Both the position numbers and the translations under genes were made by a program. From contig NW_027266275.1 of the NCBI RefSeq assembly GCF_022045235.1, positions 69,006,001-69,070,000 of the forward strand: a DNA stretch of 64,000 nucleotides, read 5' to 3'. Below the pieces are notes generated by a model. It was not told where the DNA came from. It searched no databases and saw only the letters and a list, made by a program, of their open reading frames with translations. Shown one piece after another: positions 1 through 12,100 of this stretch; within the stretch, counting starts at the first letter, position 1; every line of letters begins with the position of its first letter. The DNA comes from Haliotis cracherodii. Its lineage: Eukaryota.

Positions 1-5
1 GCCAG

Positions 6-119
6 CCTGCAAGGTGGACGATAAATGTATCGACCCTGGCGTCGTGTACAAGCGCAACTGCAACACCTACAAGTGCAGCGAGGACAAGACGTCTTGCAAC
101 TCCTACCTTATAGAAGTTG
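6..119 (+). CDS. Internal coding exon (module 1) of a Cys/Lys-rich repeat protein; gene starts upstream of the window
   Basis: CAG acceptor at 3-5, donor G|GTAGGT at 120; 114 nt, phase 1-1; reads CKVDDKCIDPGVVYKRNCNTYKCSEDKTSCNSYLIEV(G). Same Cys spacing as the following exons. Confidence 0.8.
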
Positions 120-399
120 GTAGGTAGAACGTACTTCTCTGGGTTGCACTGTGACATATAGCGACAAGACTACCTTTGATTTGATAACGCCTAATGGTGA
201 ATCGAAGTCTTCAGCGTCACGGGCGAACACTTTCACCATTATACTTTCTCACCGACCCCGTTTCAGAGATCCTCTTGGATGTTCGTTTTTTTCAAAATTT
301 TAGGAAGATATGTCCATACTGTGTGTTAGATATTGTATACTAATTCTTTGAAGTTTTAATATACTCATGGAATAAACTAAGGGATCATATATTATGAAT

Positions 400-559
400 G
401 ATTGATTATGGTTTTACGCCGCTTTCAGCAATATTCCAGCAATATCATGTCAGGGGACACAAGAAATGGGTTTCAAACAGTGTACCCATGTGGGGAATCA
501 AACCCGGGCCTTCGGTGTGACGAGCGAACGCTTTAACCACTAGGCTACCCGACCGCCCC
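400..559 (-). mobile_element. SINE family A (tRNA-derived head), intronic copy
   Basis: Matches the other A copies (rc GGGGCGGTCGGGTAGCCTAGTGGTTAAAGCGTTCGCTCGTCAC...); here the tail is (ATCA)n-like. Confidence 0.85.
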
Positions 560-1308
560 TATTATCAATTAAAGAAAAGCAAGCTATATCACGAGACTTC
601 CTCGTGATAACAGGCATTTTTCACCAAGGCAATTAATAAACAATATGTAAGATATACATTGAATACAAAGTGAGTGAGTAGACTTTTACGCCGCTCTTTG
701 CAATATCAGTCAAATCACGACGCGCGACCCCAAAGATTGAATTCTCACAAAAGTGAACTTCTTTCGGTCCCAATGCTACTTGTTACCTTATTTTTCAACA
801 TTAGTATAAACATTGATGTTTGTCATCAAAACATGGCACCCCTGGCTATAAATAGAAATAGGAATCGGGTGTGACCAATCTGATCGTATCTGGATGGCGC
901 GAATCATTGCTTATACTATCAATCACTGGCTTGTCAGGCAAAGACAGTTTAGAGTGATTTTCAATCTTGAATCTCGGTGAGTGGCGTTAAACAACATTCA
1001 CTCGCTCACTCCTATATCTCCCGGACATTAAGTTTGTAACCGATTTTGTGCGTCTTGATTTACGTGAAACTGTAACCAACATGTCTATTCTCAAATGATG
1101 TCCCATTATTGAATAAATACACTTTCTTCTTATTTGGATCCTTGGCTCGAAGTGGCTCCGACTTTCATCCTTTGTCAGTCAGCATCCTTTCGATGCACGT
1201 GAGTTTGACCCAACGTCACGCTTGGCTTTCCTCCCTCCCTCCCTCCCTCCCTCCCTCACGCCCTCCCTCCCTCACGTTCTCACTCACTCAATGATTGTTT
1301 GTTTACAG

Positions 1309-1428
1309 GCTGCAAAGACAAAGATACGGGGAAGTGTTTGGAGAAGGGGGATATCATGCGACACGGCTGCTCAGACTTTGTATGTCAACCCAACGGGAAA
1401 AACAACCCCTTCAAGTTCAAATCTGGGG
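1309..1428 (+). CDS. Coding exon (module 2) of the Cys/Lys-rich protein
   Basis: TTGTTTGTTTACAG acceptor, G|GTAGGA donor; 120 nt, phase 1-1; CKDKDTGKCLEKGDIMRHGCSDFVCQPNGKNNPFKFKSG; splices in frame to the previous exon. Confidence 0.85.
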
Positions 1429-1443
1429 GTAGGAAACTCTATA

Positions 1444-1617
1444 CAGTAAACTACGGTTATAACGAACTCAATGGACCACTAATTTTAGTTCGTTATAACC
1501 GTAGTTCGTTATAACCATATATACAACATCTATACAGCAAATGGCCGGGACCAAAAATTAAGTTCGCAATATCCGTCAGCTCGTTATAAGCGTGTTCGTT
1601 ATAAACGTATTTTACTG
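1444..1617. mobile_element. MITE with CAGTAAA termini and TA TSD (Tc1/mariner-pogo type, non-autonomous)
   Basis: TA|CAGTAAA ... TTTACTG|TA; internal repeated GTTCGTTATAA motifs; four copies in the window. Confidence 0.85.
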
Positions 1618-2029
1618 TATTAAGATTAAACATATCTCACAAGATATGGTAATCAAGCATAAAAATGACTGTTTAAATGACAGTCAAAGCAATCTGAGTA
1701 TATAATATTTGGAATTGGCGATATTAATGTACGAATTAATGGTTCATTGTCATCACGCCGTCAGGGGAATATGGGACTTTTGGTTATAAAAGAAATACAT
1801 TTTGAGGCAAATAACACCTTAGAAGTAGGTTGAGCAATTACGTTTGTAAAATGAGGGTCAAAAGAAAGAATGCCAAGTTTGTTTTTTATGTAACTTTTGT
1901 TAAATTTGCTTTTGTCAATTTAGTCATCACTCCTGCAACAGTTTGAAAAAAGGTTATCTGTGGCTGGGTAAATTTGTGTAAAACCAAACTGGTTTAATGA
2001 AGACTTGGGTAAGAAATTAATCTGGAACC

Positions 2030-2157
2030 ACATGACCCTCCCGAGCGCCAGACAGGGTAACAACAAGTAAATCTTTTCAACGTCTTTTGGTATGATCGAA
2101 CCCCGGACCTTCCGCTCTCCGGGCGGAGGTTTTACCACTAGACCACGGAGGCTGTCT
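2030..2157 (-). mobile_element. SINE family D, 5' fragment
   Basis: Reverse complement matches the head and core of the full copy at 41594. Confidence 0.75.
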
Positions 2158-2276
2158 CAGCTTAAAGATAGCCGTACATCACATAGTATGTCAACATGGC
2201 GCAACCTTACTGACATGAAACCGTTCGACACTTTTTTTTATGTTGGATACTAACATTAATGAATGTGTTTTTTTAG

Positions 2277-2405
2277 ATTGCAATTATAACAACAAGTGCT
2301 ACAAGTTAGGCAAGCCTATGTCCACCGACAACTGTGGCACTGCGACGTGCCAATACAAGAAGAAGGATGACCCTTCGTCTGGACTGGTCATCAGTACATC
2401 TAAAG
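2277..2405 (+). CDS. Coding exon (module 3) of the Cys/Lys-rich protein
   Basis: TACTAAC branch point at 2248-2254, TTTTTTTAG acceptor; CNYNNKCYKLGKPMSTDNCGTATCQYKKKDDPSSGLVISTSK; donor AAG|GTCAAA (an alternative phase-1 donor after 2393 is possible). Confidence 0.8.
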
Positions 2406-2974
2406 GTCAAATCCGCGTCATCGAATATTTATGTACTCAAAGAAAAGTGACTGTGTTCAGATTGATTTAGACAAAAACGGAACGATATGCATGGCTTGTC
2501 TAATTTACCAATTTTCTAACATAAGAAACCATTTGCCATGTAGGATTGATTAAATGCGTATTTGGGAGAGAAAAAATCCCATCTAAAATATTTTGAATTG
2601 AGCATAGACTTACGTCCCTTATTTGTTCCGGGATCCGCTGGTCGTGGTTTCGAAAATAACAATTCGCCTCGATTATGAACCTTGGTCTGTCAACAAACTA
2701 CTTAAGAACACTCTTTTTATCCAAGGGTTAAACGTCACTTCGATCTGACACATATGATAAACTGAAATGATATTCAAAGCGGTACCTCTGTTGGTTTCTG
2801 GGGGCAGGCTGCGAGAAGGACGGGAAGTGCATTGGCCAGGGAGAAGGGAGTTGGGACAAGACCGCCAGTCCCTACTACTGCTACAAGTCTATGTGTCACT
2901 ACGGGAAGATATACGACCGTGTGGGCATTCGTGAGTTGGCTTTCTTCTCATATGTTCTCACGTTGATCACGTTC

Positions 2975-3125
2975 ATTTTGGGCATGCCAGAAACCTATGA
3001 CTATATGTTCGAATCCCGGCTCGCCCCGATTATATTTCTAGGTTTGTCAGCACCATACCCATGCTCGTGGGTTTCACCAAAGCGGTAAACGTGGAGACTT
3101 TATCACGTCCACATCAAGCTGACTT
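2975..3125 (+). mobile_element. SINE family B fragment
   Basis: GGCATGCCAGAAACCTATGA...GTTCGAATCCCGG...TTTCTAGGTTTGTCAGCACCATACCC shared with the copy at 4000. Confidence 0.8.
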
Positions 3126-3155
3126 GACTGACATTTAGTCCCAGAAACAAACTTA

Positions 3156-3330
3156 CAGTAAGCTACGGTTATAACGAACTAAAAGGGACCACTAATTTTG
3201 GTTCGTTATAGCCGTAGTTCGTTGTAAGCATATATACAGCATATATACAATAAATGGCCGGGACTAAAAAATAAGTTTCTTATATCGGTCAGTTCGTTAT
3301 ATGCGTGTTCGTTATAACCGTTGTTTACTG
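3156..3330. mobile_element. MITE copy 2
   Basis: TA|CAGTAAG ... TTTACTG|TA; co-linear with 1444-1617. Confidence 0.85.
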
Positions 3331-3616
3331 TATTTTATTTAAAAATATATATCTACAAAATTAAAAAGAAATCCAAATGGAGCCCAGGACAATCCTTACT
3401 CGATTTGCCAAATCATTCCAGGCTTGAGTTGTATTCTCTCAGGTCTGGGACTGAGACTAGAAGCTGACACGCTGTGATATAACTGAAATGCTATACAAGG
3501 CGGCGTTGAGACCAACTTACACTTATTCAATCTGTGATGACACTAGTTTCTTTTGACTTGAGTATATATCATCCAGACTGAGTATCAACTGCAGTGATCT
3601 GTCATACATGTTTCAG

Positions 3617-3759
3617 TGTGCAAGACCAAGGACAACGAATGTTTGACGGTCAAGGACGGGGAGACCAAGCATTATAAGATGGTATACAAGGGCCGCACCT
3701 GTTCAGCAACGTGTTTATTGAAAGGCAACCAAATAAAGATCCGAGACATCAAATGTTAA
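3617..3759 (+). CDS. Terminal coding exon (module 4) of the Cys/Lys-rich protein
   Basis: TGTTTCAG acceptor, phase 1; CKTKDNECLTVKDGETKHYKMVYKGRTCSATCLLKGNQIKIRDIKC then TAA at 3757-3759. Confidence 0.85.
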
Positions 3760-3893
3760 GATCATGACAGATGTGTTATCAAAGGTCACTCTGAGTTTCT
3801 TTCAGATTTTAATTGTCATAGTTTGAGGATTTGGTTATATTCTGGTTTAGCGAATGACGATGTATATTTGAAAGTGAACTAAATTTGACAGTT

Positions 3894-3899
3894 AATAAA
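3894..3899 (+). promoter_or_regulatory. Polyadenylation signal of the Cys-rich gene
   Basis: AATAAA about 135 nt after the stop codon, followed by GT/T-rich sequence (3925-3975). Confidence 0.7.
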
Positions 3900-3999
3900 A
3901 CCGATGCTGAGAAGAAATAATATAGTTCTGTTGATGAAGTAGCTCATTCCAGTTGTTGTCAGTGTTGTTATTGCACGGTGTTATTTTCACTCCTGGTAT

Positions 4000-4275
4000 G
4001 GGGGCACGGGTGGCCCAGTCGTCTAAGGCGCCGCGATTTGCTGTGCAGAGTTGCGTCCCTTGGGCACGCCAGAAACCTATGATTGTGGGTTCGAATCCCG
4101 GTTCATCCCGATTATGTTTCTAGGTTTGTCAGCACCATACACGTGTTCGTGGGTTTCACAGAAGTGCTAAACGTCTGAGACATGCATCACTTCGGGCTTT
4201 CCTCCCACATTAAGCTGACACGCCGCGATATAACTGGAATACTGTTAAAAGCGGCGTTAAACTAAACTCACTCAC
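4000..4275 (+). mobile_element. SINE family B, full length (tRNA-Leu-like head, V-domain-like body, (ACTC)n tail)
   Basis: A-box TGGCCCAGTCG 4011-4021, B-box GGTTCGAATCC 4088-4098; TSD TCACTCCTGGTAT at 3987-3999 and 4276-4288. GTGGGTTTC...TTTCCTCCCAC resembles the V-SINE domain (from memory). Confidence 0.9.
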
Positions 4276-5225
4276 TCACTCCTGGTATCTAAATACATGT
4301 CGAATTTAATGTTTTCTTGAATATAACGGTACCACGAAGTTTAACGTACCTTACATATGAATCGTTGGACAGCTTTTTTTGAAATTTTCGTAATTCCGTT
4401 TACGCCTGTTGAAAATCATTCAGTGTGTTTATCCTTGTTAGAATTGCTTATCGCCCATGTGGTCTAAGGATATATTGCAAATTATCATATACCCATCATG
4501 TGCGATAAAGCCAACATGGAGACGGTCATATCACAGGGGTGTAATAACCAGACCCGTATTATACCTTCTGTCGGGCTGATATGTCTAGTCGATGGATTTT
4601 GAATGAGCGATCGACATCGGCCTGGGTGGTAAGAAATTAGAGTTACGTCCCTTGGTGCGTCGTCTGCTCGGCTAGCTTCCCCGTCACACTGTCTTCCAAA
4701 TAAGGTGAACATGTTTTACGGACATACGCTCGGTGGCCTTTGATGTGGCGTATGATATAAAACATGCCATTTAATAACCCCTAATTATTACACTGCCAAA
4801 CAAATGTGAACACCGCGTTTTGGGACAGTGGGCGAGAATCAATTTTCACTCAACACGGGTCGGTTGTGGAGTGTCCCGTGATGCACGTGGAGTTCATGTT
4901 ACCTCCCGGCCGACGTGAGAACCTTCCACCCCTGCTGCCATAATAGACTGCACGGATCATGCAGATACGCGGATTCAATTGGCAGGACGTGCTTTTTCTT
5001 TAGTTGGTGCAGTTTTGCCCTGTTTTCGAAACACATGAACTTTAACAGAAACTTTTTTTCAATCGCTTGCTATTGTGTCCAATTCGACTGGGTAGCCACA
5101 TTGTGAAATAAACTCGTTGTCCCGAACACAGCATCATTATGTATTATGCTTTGTTCAGATAATCGAGTGTAACACACGACGAGAAACGTTTGCAACATCT
5201 TCAAAGGCGCTTCTAACCTTCTATT

Positions 5226-5430
5226 GAGTGAGTGAGTATGGTTTTACGCGTATTTTAGCAATATTCCAGCAATATCACGGCGTGGGACACCAGAATCGAA
5301 CCCGGGTCTTCGGCGTGACGAGCGAACGTTTTTACCTCTAGGCTACCCGACGCCGCTTTTAGCAATACTCCAGCGATATAACGTCAGGGGACAACAAAGG
5401 TTGTCTCCACATGTTTTACCCATATGAGGA
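5226..5430 (-). mobile_element. SINE family A, internally deleted copy plus adjacent fragment
   Basis: GAGTGAGT tail, A-family body, and a second partial body. Confidence 0.75.
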
Positions 5431-5454
5431 ACCGTTCCTGGGTCATCGATCTGA

Positions 5455-5726
5455 GGGGGCACGGGTGGCCAGGTCGTCTGAGGCGCCGCGATTTGCTGTG
5501 CACAGTTGCGTCCCTTGGCATGCCAGAAACCTATGATTGTTGGTTCGAATCCCGGTTCGCCCCGATTATGTTTCTAGGTTTGTCAGCACCATACCCGTGC
5601 TCGTTGGTTCCACCAAAGTGGTAAACGTCTGAGACATGCATTACTTCGGGCTTTTCTCCCATATTAAGCTGACACGCCGTGATATGACTGGAATAATGCT
5701 AAAAGCGGCGTTAAAACCCAACTCAA
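5455..5726 (+). mobile_element. SINE family B, full length
   Basis: Co-linear with the copy at 4000; imperfect TSD TCATCGATCTGA / TCTTCGATTTGA. Confidence 0.85.
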
Positions 5727-6115
5727 TCTTCGATTTGACGAGAAAACGATTTACCCTTCGTCGTGATGCAATGGCGTGACATATTGAAGAAGTTGGAATA
5801 GGTGTATCTTCGAATTCGCAGAGAAAGAATTTGTTCAAAATTACTTGACAATTGATTTGGTTGTTTGAAAGGGCATAACAAATCGATGATAATAGGGCCT
5901 CATATCTGATAAATGATATTTTCCCTCCTCTGTTCATTGTTATACATCTGTGACTGTAGCTAGTACTGAAAACATGTCATAACATGTCATAACATGTACC
6001 GTAATTACCCGATTAGTCGAAACGTTTTGAATAGAAGCTTGTCTCGAAAAGAGTCCGTGTTTCAAGCGTTCTTTGAAATGTTTCTGCAATAATTCTGCCT
6101 CTAGCGGCATAAACG

Positions 6116-9100
6116 CATCCCCTTCTCAGCTCTATCAGCCTGTGTCCGTCCCCTTCTCAGCTCTAGCAGTCTGTGTCCGTCCCCTTCTCAGCTCTAGCAG
6201 TCTGTGTCCGTCCCCTTCTCAGCTCTAGCAGTCTGTGTCCGTCCCCTTCTCAGCTCTAGCAGTCTGTGTCCGTCCCCTTCTCAGCTCTAGCAGCCTGTGT
6301 CCGCCGTCTTCTCAGCTCTAGCAGCCTGTGTCCGCCGTCTTCTCAACTTTAGCAGCCCGTGTCCGCCCCCTTCTCAGCTCTTGCAGCCTGTGTCCGTCCC
6401 CTTCTCAGCTCTAGCAGTCTGTGTCCGTCCCCTTCTCAGCTCTAGCAGCCTGTGTCCGTCCCCTTCTCAGCTCTAGCAGTCTGTGTCCGTCCCCTTCTCA
6501 GCTCTAGCAGTCTGTGTCCGTCCCCTTCTCAGCTCTAGCAGCCTGTGTCCGCCGTCTTCTCAACTTTAGCAGCCCGTGTCCGCCCCCTTCTCAGCTCTAG
6601 CAGCCTGTGTCCATCCCCTTCTCAGCTCTAGCAGTCTGTGTCCGTCCCCTTCTCAGCTCTAGCAGCCTGTGTCCGCCCCCTTCTCAGCTCTAGCAGTCTG
6701 TGTCCGTCCCCTTCTCAGCTCTAGCAGCCTGTGTCCGTCCCCTTCTCAGCTCTAGCAGCCTGTGTCCGTCCCCTTCTCAGCTCTAGCAGTCTGTGTCCGT
6801 CCCCTTCTCAGCTCTAGCAGTCTGTGTCCGTCCCCTTCTCAGCTCTAGCAGCCTGTGTCCGTCCCCTTCTCAGCTCTAGCAGCCTGTGTCCGTCCCCTTC
6901 TCAGCTCTAGCAGTCTGTGTCCGCCCCCTTCTCAGCTCTAGCAGTCTGTGTCCGTCCCCTTCTCAGCTCTAGCAGCCTGTGTCCGTCCCCTTCTCAGCTC
7001 TAGCAGCCTGTGTCCGTCCCCTTCTCAGCTCTAGCAGCCTGTGTCCGCCCCCTTCTCAGCTCTAGCAGTCTCTGTCCGTCCCCTTCTCAGCTCTTGCAGT
7101 CTGTGTCCGTCCCCTTCTCAGCTCTAGCAGTCTGTGTCCGTCCCCTTCTCAGCTCTAGCAGCCTGTGTCCGCCGTCTTCTCAGCTCTAGCAGTCTGTGTC
7201 CGCCCCCTTCTCAGCTCTTGCAGTCTGTGTCCGCCCCCTTCTCAGCTCTAGCAGCCTGTGTCCGTCCCCTTCTCAGCTCTAGCAGTCTGTGTCCGTCCCC
7301 TTCTCAGCTCTAGCAGTCTGTGTCCATCCCCTTCTCAGCTCTTGCAGTCTGTGTCCGTCCCCTTCTCAGCTCTTGCAGTCTGTGTCCGTCCCCTTCTCAG
7401 CTCTAGCAGTCTGTGTCCGTCCCCTTCTCAGCTCTAGCAGCCTGTGTCCGCCGTCTTCTCAGCTCTAGCAGCCTGTGTCCGCCGTCTTCTCAACTTTAGC
7501 AGCCCGTGTCCGCCCCCTTCTCAGCTCTAGCAGTCTGTGTCCGTCCCCTTCTCAGCTCTAGCAGCCTGTGTCCGCCGTCTTCTCAGCTCTAGCAGTCTGT
7601 GTCCGCCGTCTTCTCAACTTTAGCAGCCCGTGTCCGCCCCCTTCTCAGCTCTTGCAGTCTGTGTCCGTCCCCTTCTCAGCTCTAGCAGTCTGTGTCCGTC
7701 CCCTTCTCAGCTCTTGCAGTCTGTGTCCGTCCCCTTCTCAGCTCTAGCAGCCTCTGTCCGTCCCCTTCTCAGCTCTAGCAGTCTGTGTCCGCCCCCTTCT
7801 CAGCTCTAGCAGTCTCTGTCCGTCCCCTTCTCAGCTCTAGCAGCCTGTGTCCGTCCCCTTCTCAGCTCTAGCAGTCTGTGTCCATCCCCTTCTCAGCTCT
7901 AGCAGTCTGTGTCCGTCCCCTTCTCAGCTCTAGCAGCCTGTGTCCGCCCCCTTCTCAGCTCTAGCAGTCTGTGTCCGTCCCCTACTCAGCTCTAGCAGTC
8001 TGTGTCCGTCCCCTACTCAGCTCTAGCAGTCTGTGTCCGTCCCCTACTCAGCTCTAGCAGTCTGTGTCCGTCCCCTACTCAGCTCTAGCAGTCTGTGTCC
8101 GTCCCCTACTCAGCTCTAGCAGTCTGTGTCCGTCCCCTACTCAGCTCTAGCAGTCTGTGTCCGTCCCCTACTCAGCTCTAGCAGTCTGTGTCCGTCCCCT
8201 ACTCAGCTCTAGCAGTCTGTGTCCGTCCCCTACTCAGCTCTAGCAGCCTGTGTCCGTCCCCTTCTCAGCTCTAGCAGTCTGTGTCCGCCCCCTTCTCAGC
8301 TCTAGCAGCCTGTGTCCATCCCCTTCTCAGCTCTAGCAGCCTGTGTCCGTCCCCTTCTCAGCTCTAGCAGTCTGTGTCCGTCCCCTTCTCAGCTCTAGCA
8401 GCCCGTGTCCGCCCCCTTCTCAGCTCTAGCAGTCTGTGTCCGTCCCCTACTCAGCTCTAGCAGTCTGTGTCCGTCCCCTACTCAGCTCTAGCAGTCTGTG
8501 TCCGTCCCCTACTCAGCTCTAGCAGTCTGTGTCCGTCCCCTACTCAGCTCTAGCAGCCTGTGTCCGTCCCCTTCTCAGCTCTAGCAGTCTGTGTCCGTCC
8601 CCTTCTCAGCTCTAGCAGTCTGTGTCCGCCCCCTTCTCAGCTCTAGCAGCCTGTGTCCGTCCCCTTCTCAGCTCTAGCAGTCTGTGTCCGTCCCCTTCTC
8701 AGCTCTAGCAGTCTGTGTCCGTCCCCTTCTCAGCTCTAGCAGTCTGTGTCCGTCCCCTTCTCAGCTCTAGCAGTCTGTGTCCGTCCCCTTCTCAGCTCTA
8801 GCAGCCTGTGTCCGCCGTCTTCTCAGCTCTAGCAGTCTGTGTCCGCCCCCTTCTCAGCTCTTGCAGTCTGTGTCCGCCCCCTTCTCAGCTCTAGCAGCCT
8901 GTGTCCGTCCCCTTCTCAGCTCTAGCAGTCTGTGTCCGTCCCCTTCTCAGCTCTAGCAGTCTGTGTCCATCCCCTTCTCAGCTCTTGCAGTCTGTGTCCG
9001 TCCCCTTCTCAGCTCTTGCAGTCTGTGTCCGTCCCCTTCTCAGCTCTAGCAGTCTGTGTCCGTCCCCTTCTCAGCTCTAGCAGCCTGTGTCCGCCGTCTT

Positions 9101-12100
9101 CTCAGCTCTAGCAGCCTGTGTCCGCCGTCTTCTCAACTTTAGCAGCCCGTGTCCGCCCCCTTCTCAGCTCTAGCAGTCTGTGTCCGTCCCCTTCTCAGCT
9201 CTAGCAGCCTGTGTCCGCCGTCTTCTCAGCTCTAGCAGTCTGTGTCCGCCGTCTTCTCAACTTTAGCAGCCCGTGTCCGCCCCCTTCTCAGCTCTTGCAG
9301 TCTGTGTCCGTCCCCTTCTCAGCTCTAGCAGTCTGTGTCCGTCCCCTTCTCAGCTCTTGCAGTCTGTGTCCGTCCCCTTCTCAGCTCTAGCAGCCTCTGT
9401 CCGTCCCCTTCTCAGCTCTAGCAGTCTGTGTCCGCCCCCTTCTCAGCTCTAGCAGTCTCTGTCCGTCCCCTTCTCAGCTCTAGCAGCCTGTGTCCGTCCC
9501 CTTCTCAGCTCTAGCAGTCTGTGTCCATCCCCTTCTCAGCTCTAGCAGCCTGTGTCCGCCCCCTTCTCAGCTCTAGCAGTCTGTGTCCGTCCCCTACTCA
9601 GCTCTAGCAGTCTGTGTCCGTCCCCTACTCAGCTCTAGCAGTCTGTGTCCGTCCCCTACTCAGCTCTAGCAGTCTGTGTCCGTCCCCTACTCAGCTCTAG
9701 CAGTCTGTGTCCGTCCCCTACTCAGCTCTAGCAGTCTGTGTCCGTCCCCTACTCAGCTCTAGCAGTCTGTGTCCGTCCCCTACTCAGCTCTAGCAGTCTG
9801 TGTCCGTCCCCTACTCAGCTCTAGCAGTCTGTGTCCGTCCCCTACTCAGCTCTAGCAGCCTGTGTCCGTCCCCTTCTCAGCTCTAGCAGTCTGTGTCCGT
9901 CCCCTACTCAGCTCTAGCAGCCTGTGTCCATCCCCTTCTCAGCTCTAGCAGCCTGTGTCCGTCCCCTTCTCAGCTCTAGCAGTCTGTGTCCGTCCCCTTC
10001 TCAGCTCTAGCAGCCCGTGTCCGCCCCCTTCTCAGCTCTAGCAGTCTGTGTCCGTCCCCTACTCAGCTCTAGCAGTCTGTGTCCGTCCCCTACTCAGCTC
10101 TAGCAGTCTGTGTCCGTCCCCTACTCAGCTCTAGCAGTCTGTGTCCGTCCCCTACTCAGCTCTAGCAGCCTGTGTCCGTCCCCTTCTCAGCTCTAGCAGT
10201 CTGTGTCCGTCCCCTTCTCAGCTCTAGCAGTCTGTGTCCGCCCCCTTCTCAGCTCTAGCAGCCTGTGTCCGTCCCCTTCTCAGCTCTAGCAGTCTGTGTC
10301 CGTCCCCTTCTCAGCTCTAGCAGTCTGTGTCCGTCCCCTTCTCAGCTCTAGCAGTCTGTGTCCGTCCCCTTCTCAGCTCTAGCAGCCTGTGTCCGCCCCT
10401 TCTCAGCTCTAATAGCCTGTGTCCGCCCCTTCTCAGCTCTAGCAGCCTGTGTCCGTCCCCTTCTCAGCTCTAGCAGCCTGTGTCCGCCCCTTCTCAGCTC
10501 TAGCAGTCTGTGTCCGCCCCTTCTCAGCTCTAATAGCCTGTGTCCGCCCCTTCTCAGCTCTAGCAGTCTGTGTCCGTCCCCCTTCTCAGCTCTAGCAGCC
10601 TGTGTCCGTCCCCTTCTCAGCTCTAGCAGTCTGTGTCCATCCCCTTCTCAGCTCTAGCAGCCTGTGTCCGCCCCTTCTCAGCTCTAGCAGTCTGTGTCCA
10701 TCCCCTTCTCAGCTCTAGCAGTCTGTGTCCGCCCCTTCTCAGCTCTAGCAGTCTGTGTCCGTCCCCTTCTCAGCTCTAGCAGCCTGTGTCCGTCCCCTTC
10801 TCAGCTCTAGCAGCCTGTGTCCGTCCCCTGCTCAGCTCTAGCAGCCTGTGTCCGCCGTCTTCTCAGCTCTAGCAGTCTGTGTCCGCCCCCTTCTCAGCTC
10901 TAGCAGTCTGTGTCCGTCCCCTTCTCAGCTCTAGCAGTCTGTGTCCGTCCCCTTCTCAGCTCTAGCAGCCTGTGTCCGTCCCCTTCTCAGCTCTAGCAGT
11001 CTGTGTCCGTCCCCTTCTCAGCTCTAGCAGTCTGTGTCCGTCCCCTTCTCAGCTCTAGCAGTCTGTGTCCGTCCCCTTCTCAGCTCTAGCAGTCTGTGTC
11101 CGTCCCCTTCTCAGCTCTAGCAGTCTGTGTCCGTCCCCTTCTCAGCTCTAGCAGTCTGTGTCCGTCCCCTTCTCAGCTCTAGCAGTCTGTGTCCGTCCCC
11201 TTCTCAGCTCTAGCAGTCTGTGTCCGCCCCCTTCTCAGCTCTAGCAGCCTGTGTCCGTCCCCTTCTCAGCTCTAGCAGTCTGTGTCCGTCCCCTTCTCAG
11301 CTCTAGCAGTCTGTGTCCGTCCCCTTCTCAGCTCTAGCAGTCTGTGTCCGTCCCCTTCTCAGCTCTAGCAGCCTGTGTCCGCCGTCTTCTCAACTCTAGC
11401 AGTCTGTGTCCGTCCCCTTCTCAGCTCTAGCAGTCTGTGTCCGCCGTCTTCTCAACTCTAGCAGTCTGTGTCCGTCCCCTTCTCAGCTCTAGCAGTCTGT
11501 GTCCGCCGTCTTCTCAGCTCTAGCAGTCTGTGTCCGCCCCCTTCTCAGCTCTAGCAGTCTGTGTCCGTCCCCTTCTCAGCTCTAGCAGCCTGTGTCCGCC
11601 GTCTTCTCAACTCTAGCAGTCTGTGTCCGTCCCCTTCTCAGCTCTAGCAGCCTGTGTCCGCCGTCTTCTCAACTCTAGCAGTCTGTGTCCGTCCCCTTCT
11701 CAGCTCTAGCAGCCTGTGTCCGTCCCCTTCTCAGCTCTAGCAGCCTGTGTCCGCCGTCTTCTCAGCTCTAGCAGTCTGTGTCCGTCCCCTGCTCAGCTCT
11801 AGCAGTCTGTGTCCGCCGTCTTCTCAACTCTAGCAGTCTGTGTCCGTCCCCTTCTCAGCTCTAGCAGTCTGTGTCCGCCCCTTCTCGGCTCTAGCAGTCT
11901 GTGTCCGTCCCCTTCTCAGCTCTAGCAGCCTGTGTCCGCCGTCTTCTCAACTCTAGCAGTCTGTGTCCGTCCCCTTCTCAGCTCTAGCAGCCTGTGTCCG
12001 CCGTCTTCTCAACTCTAGCAGTCTGTGTCCGTCCCCTTCTCAGCTCTAGCAGCCTGTGTCCGCCGTCTTCTCAACTCTAGCAGTCTGTGTCCGTCCCCTT

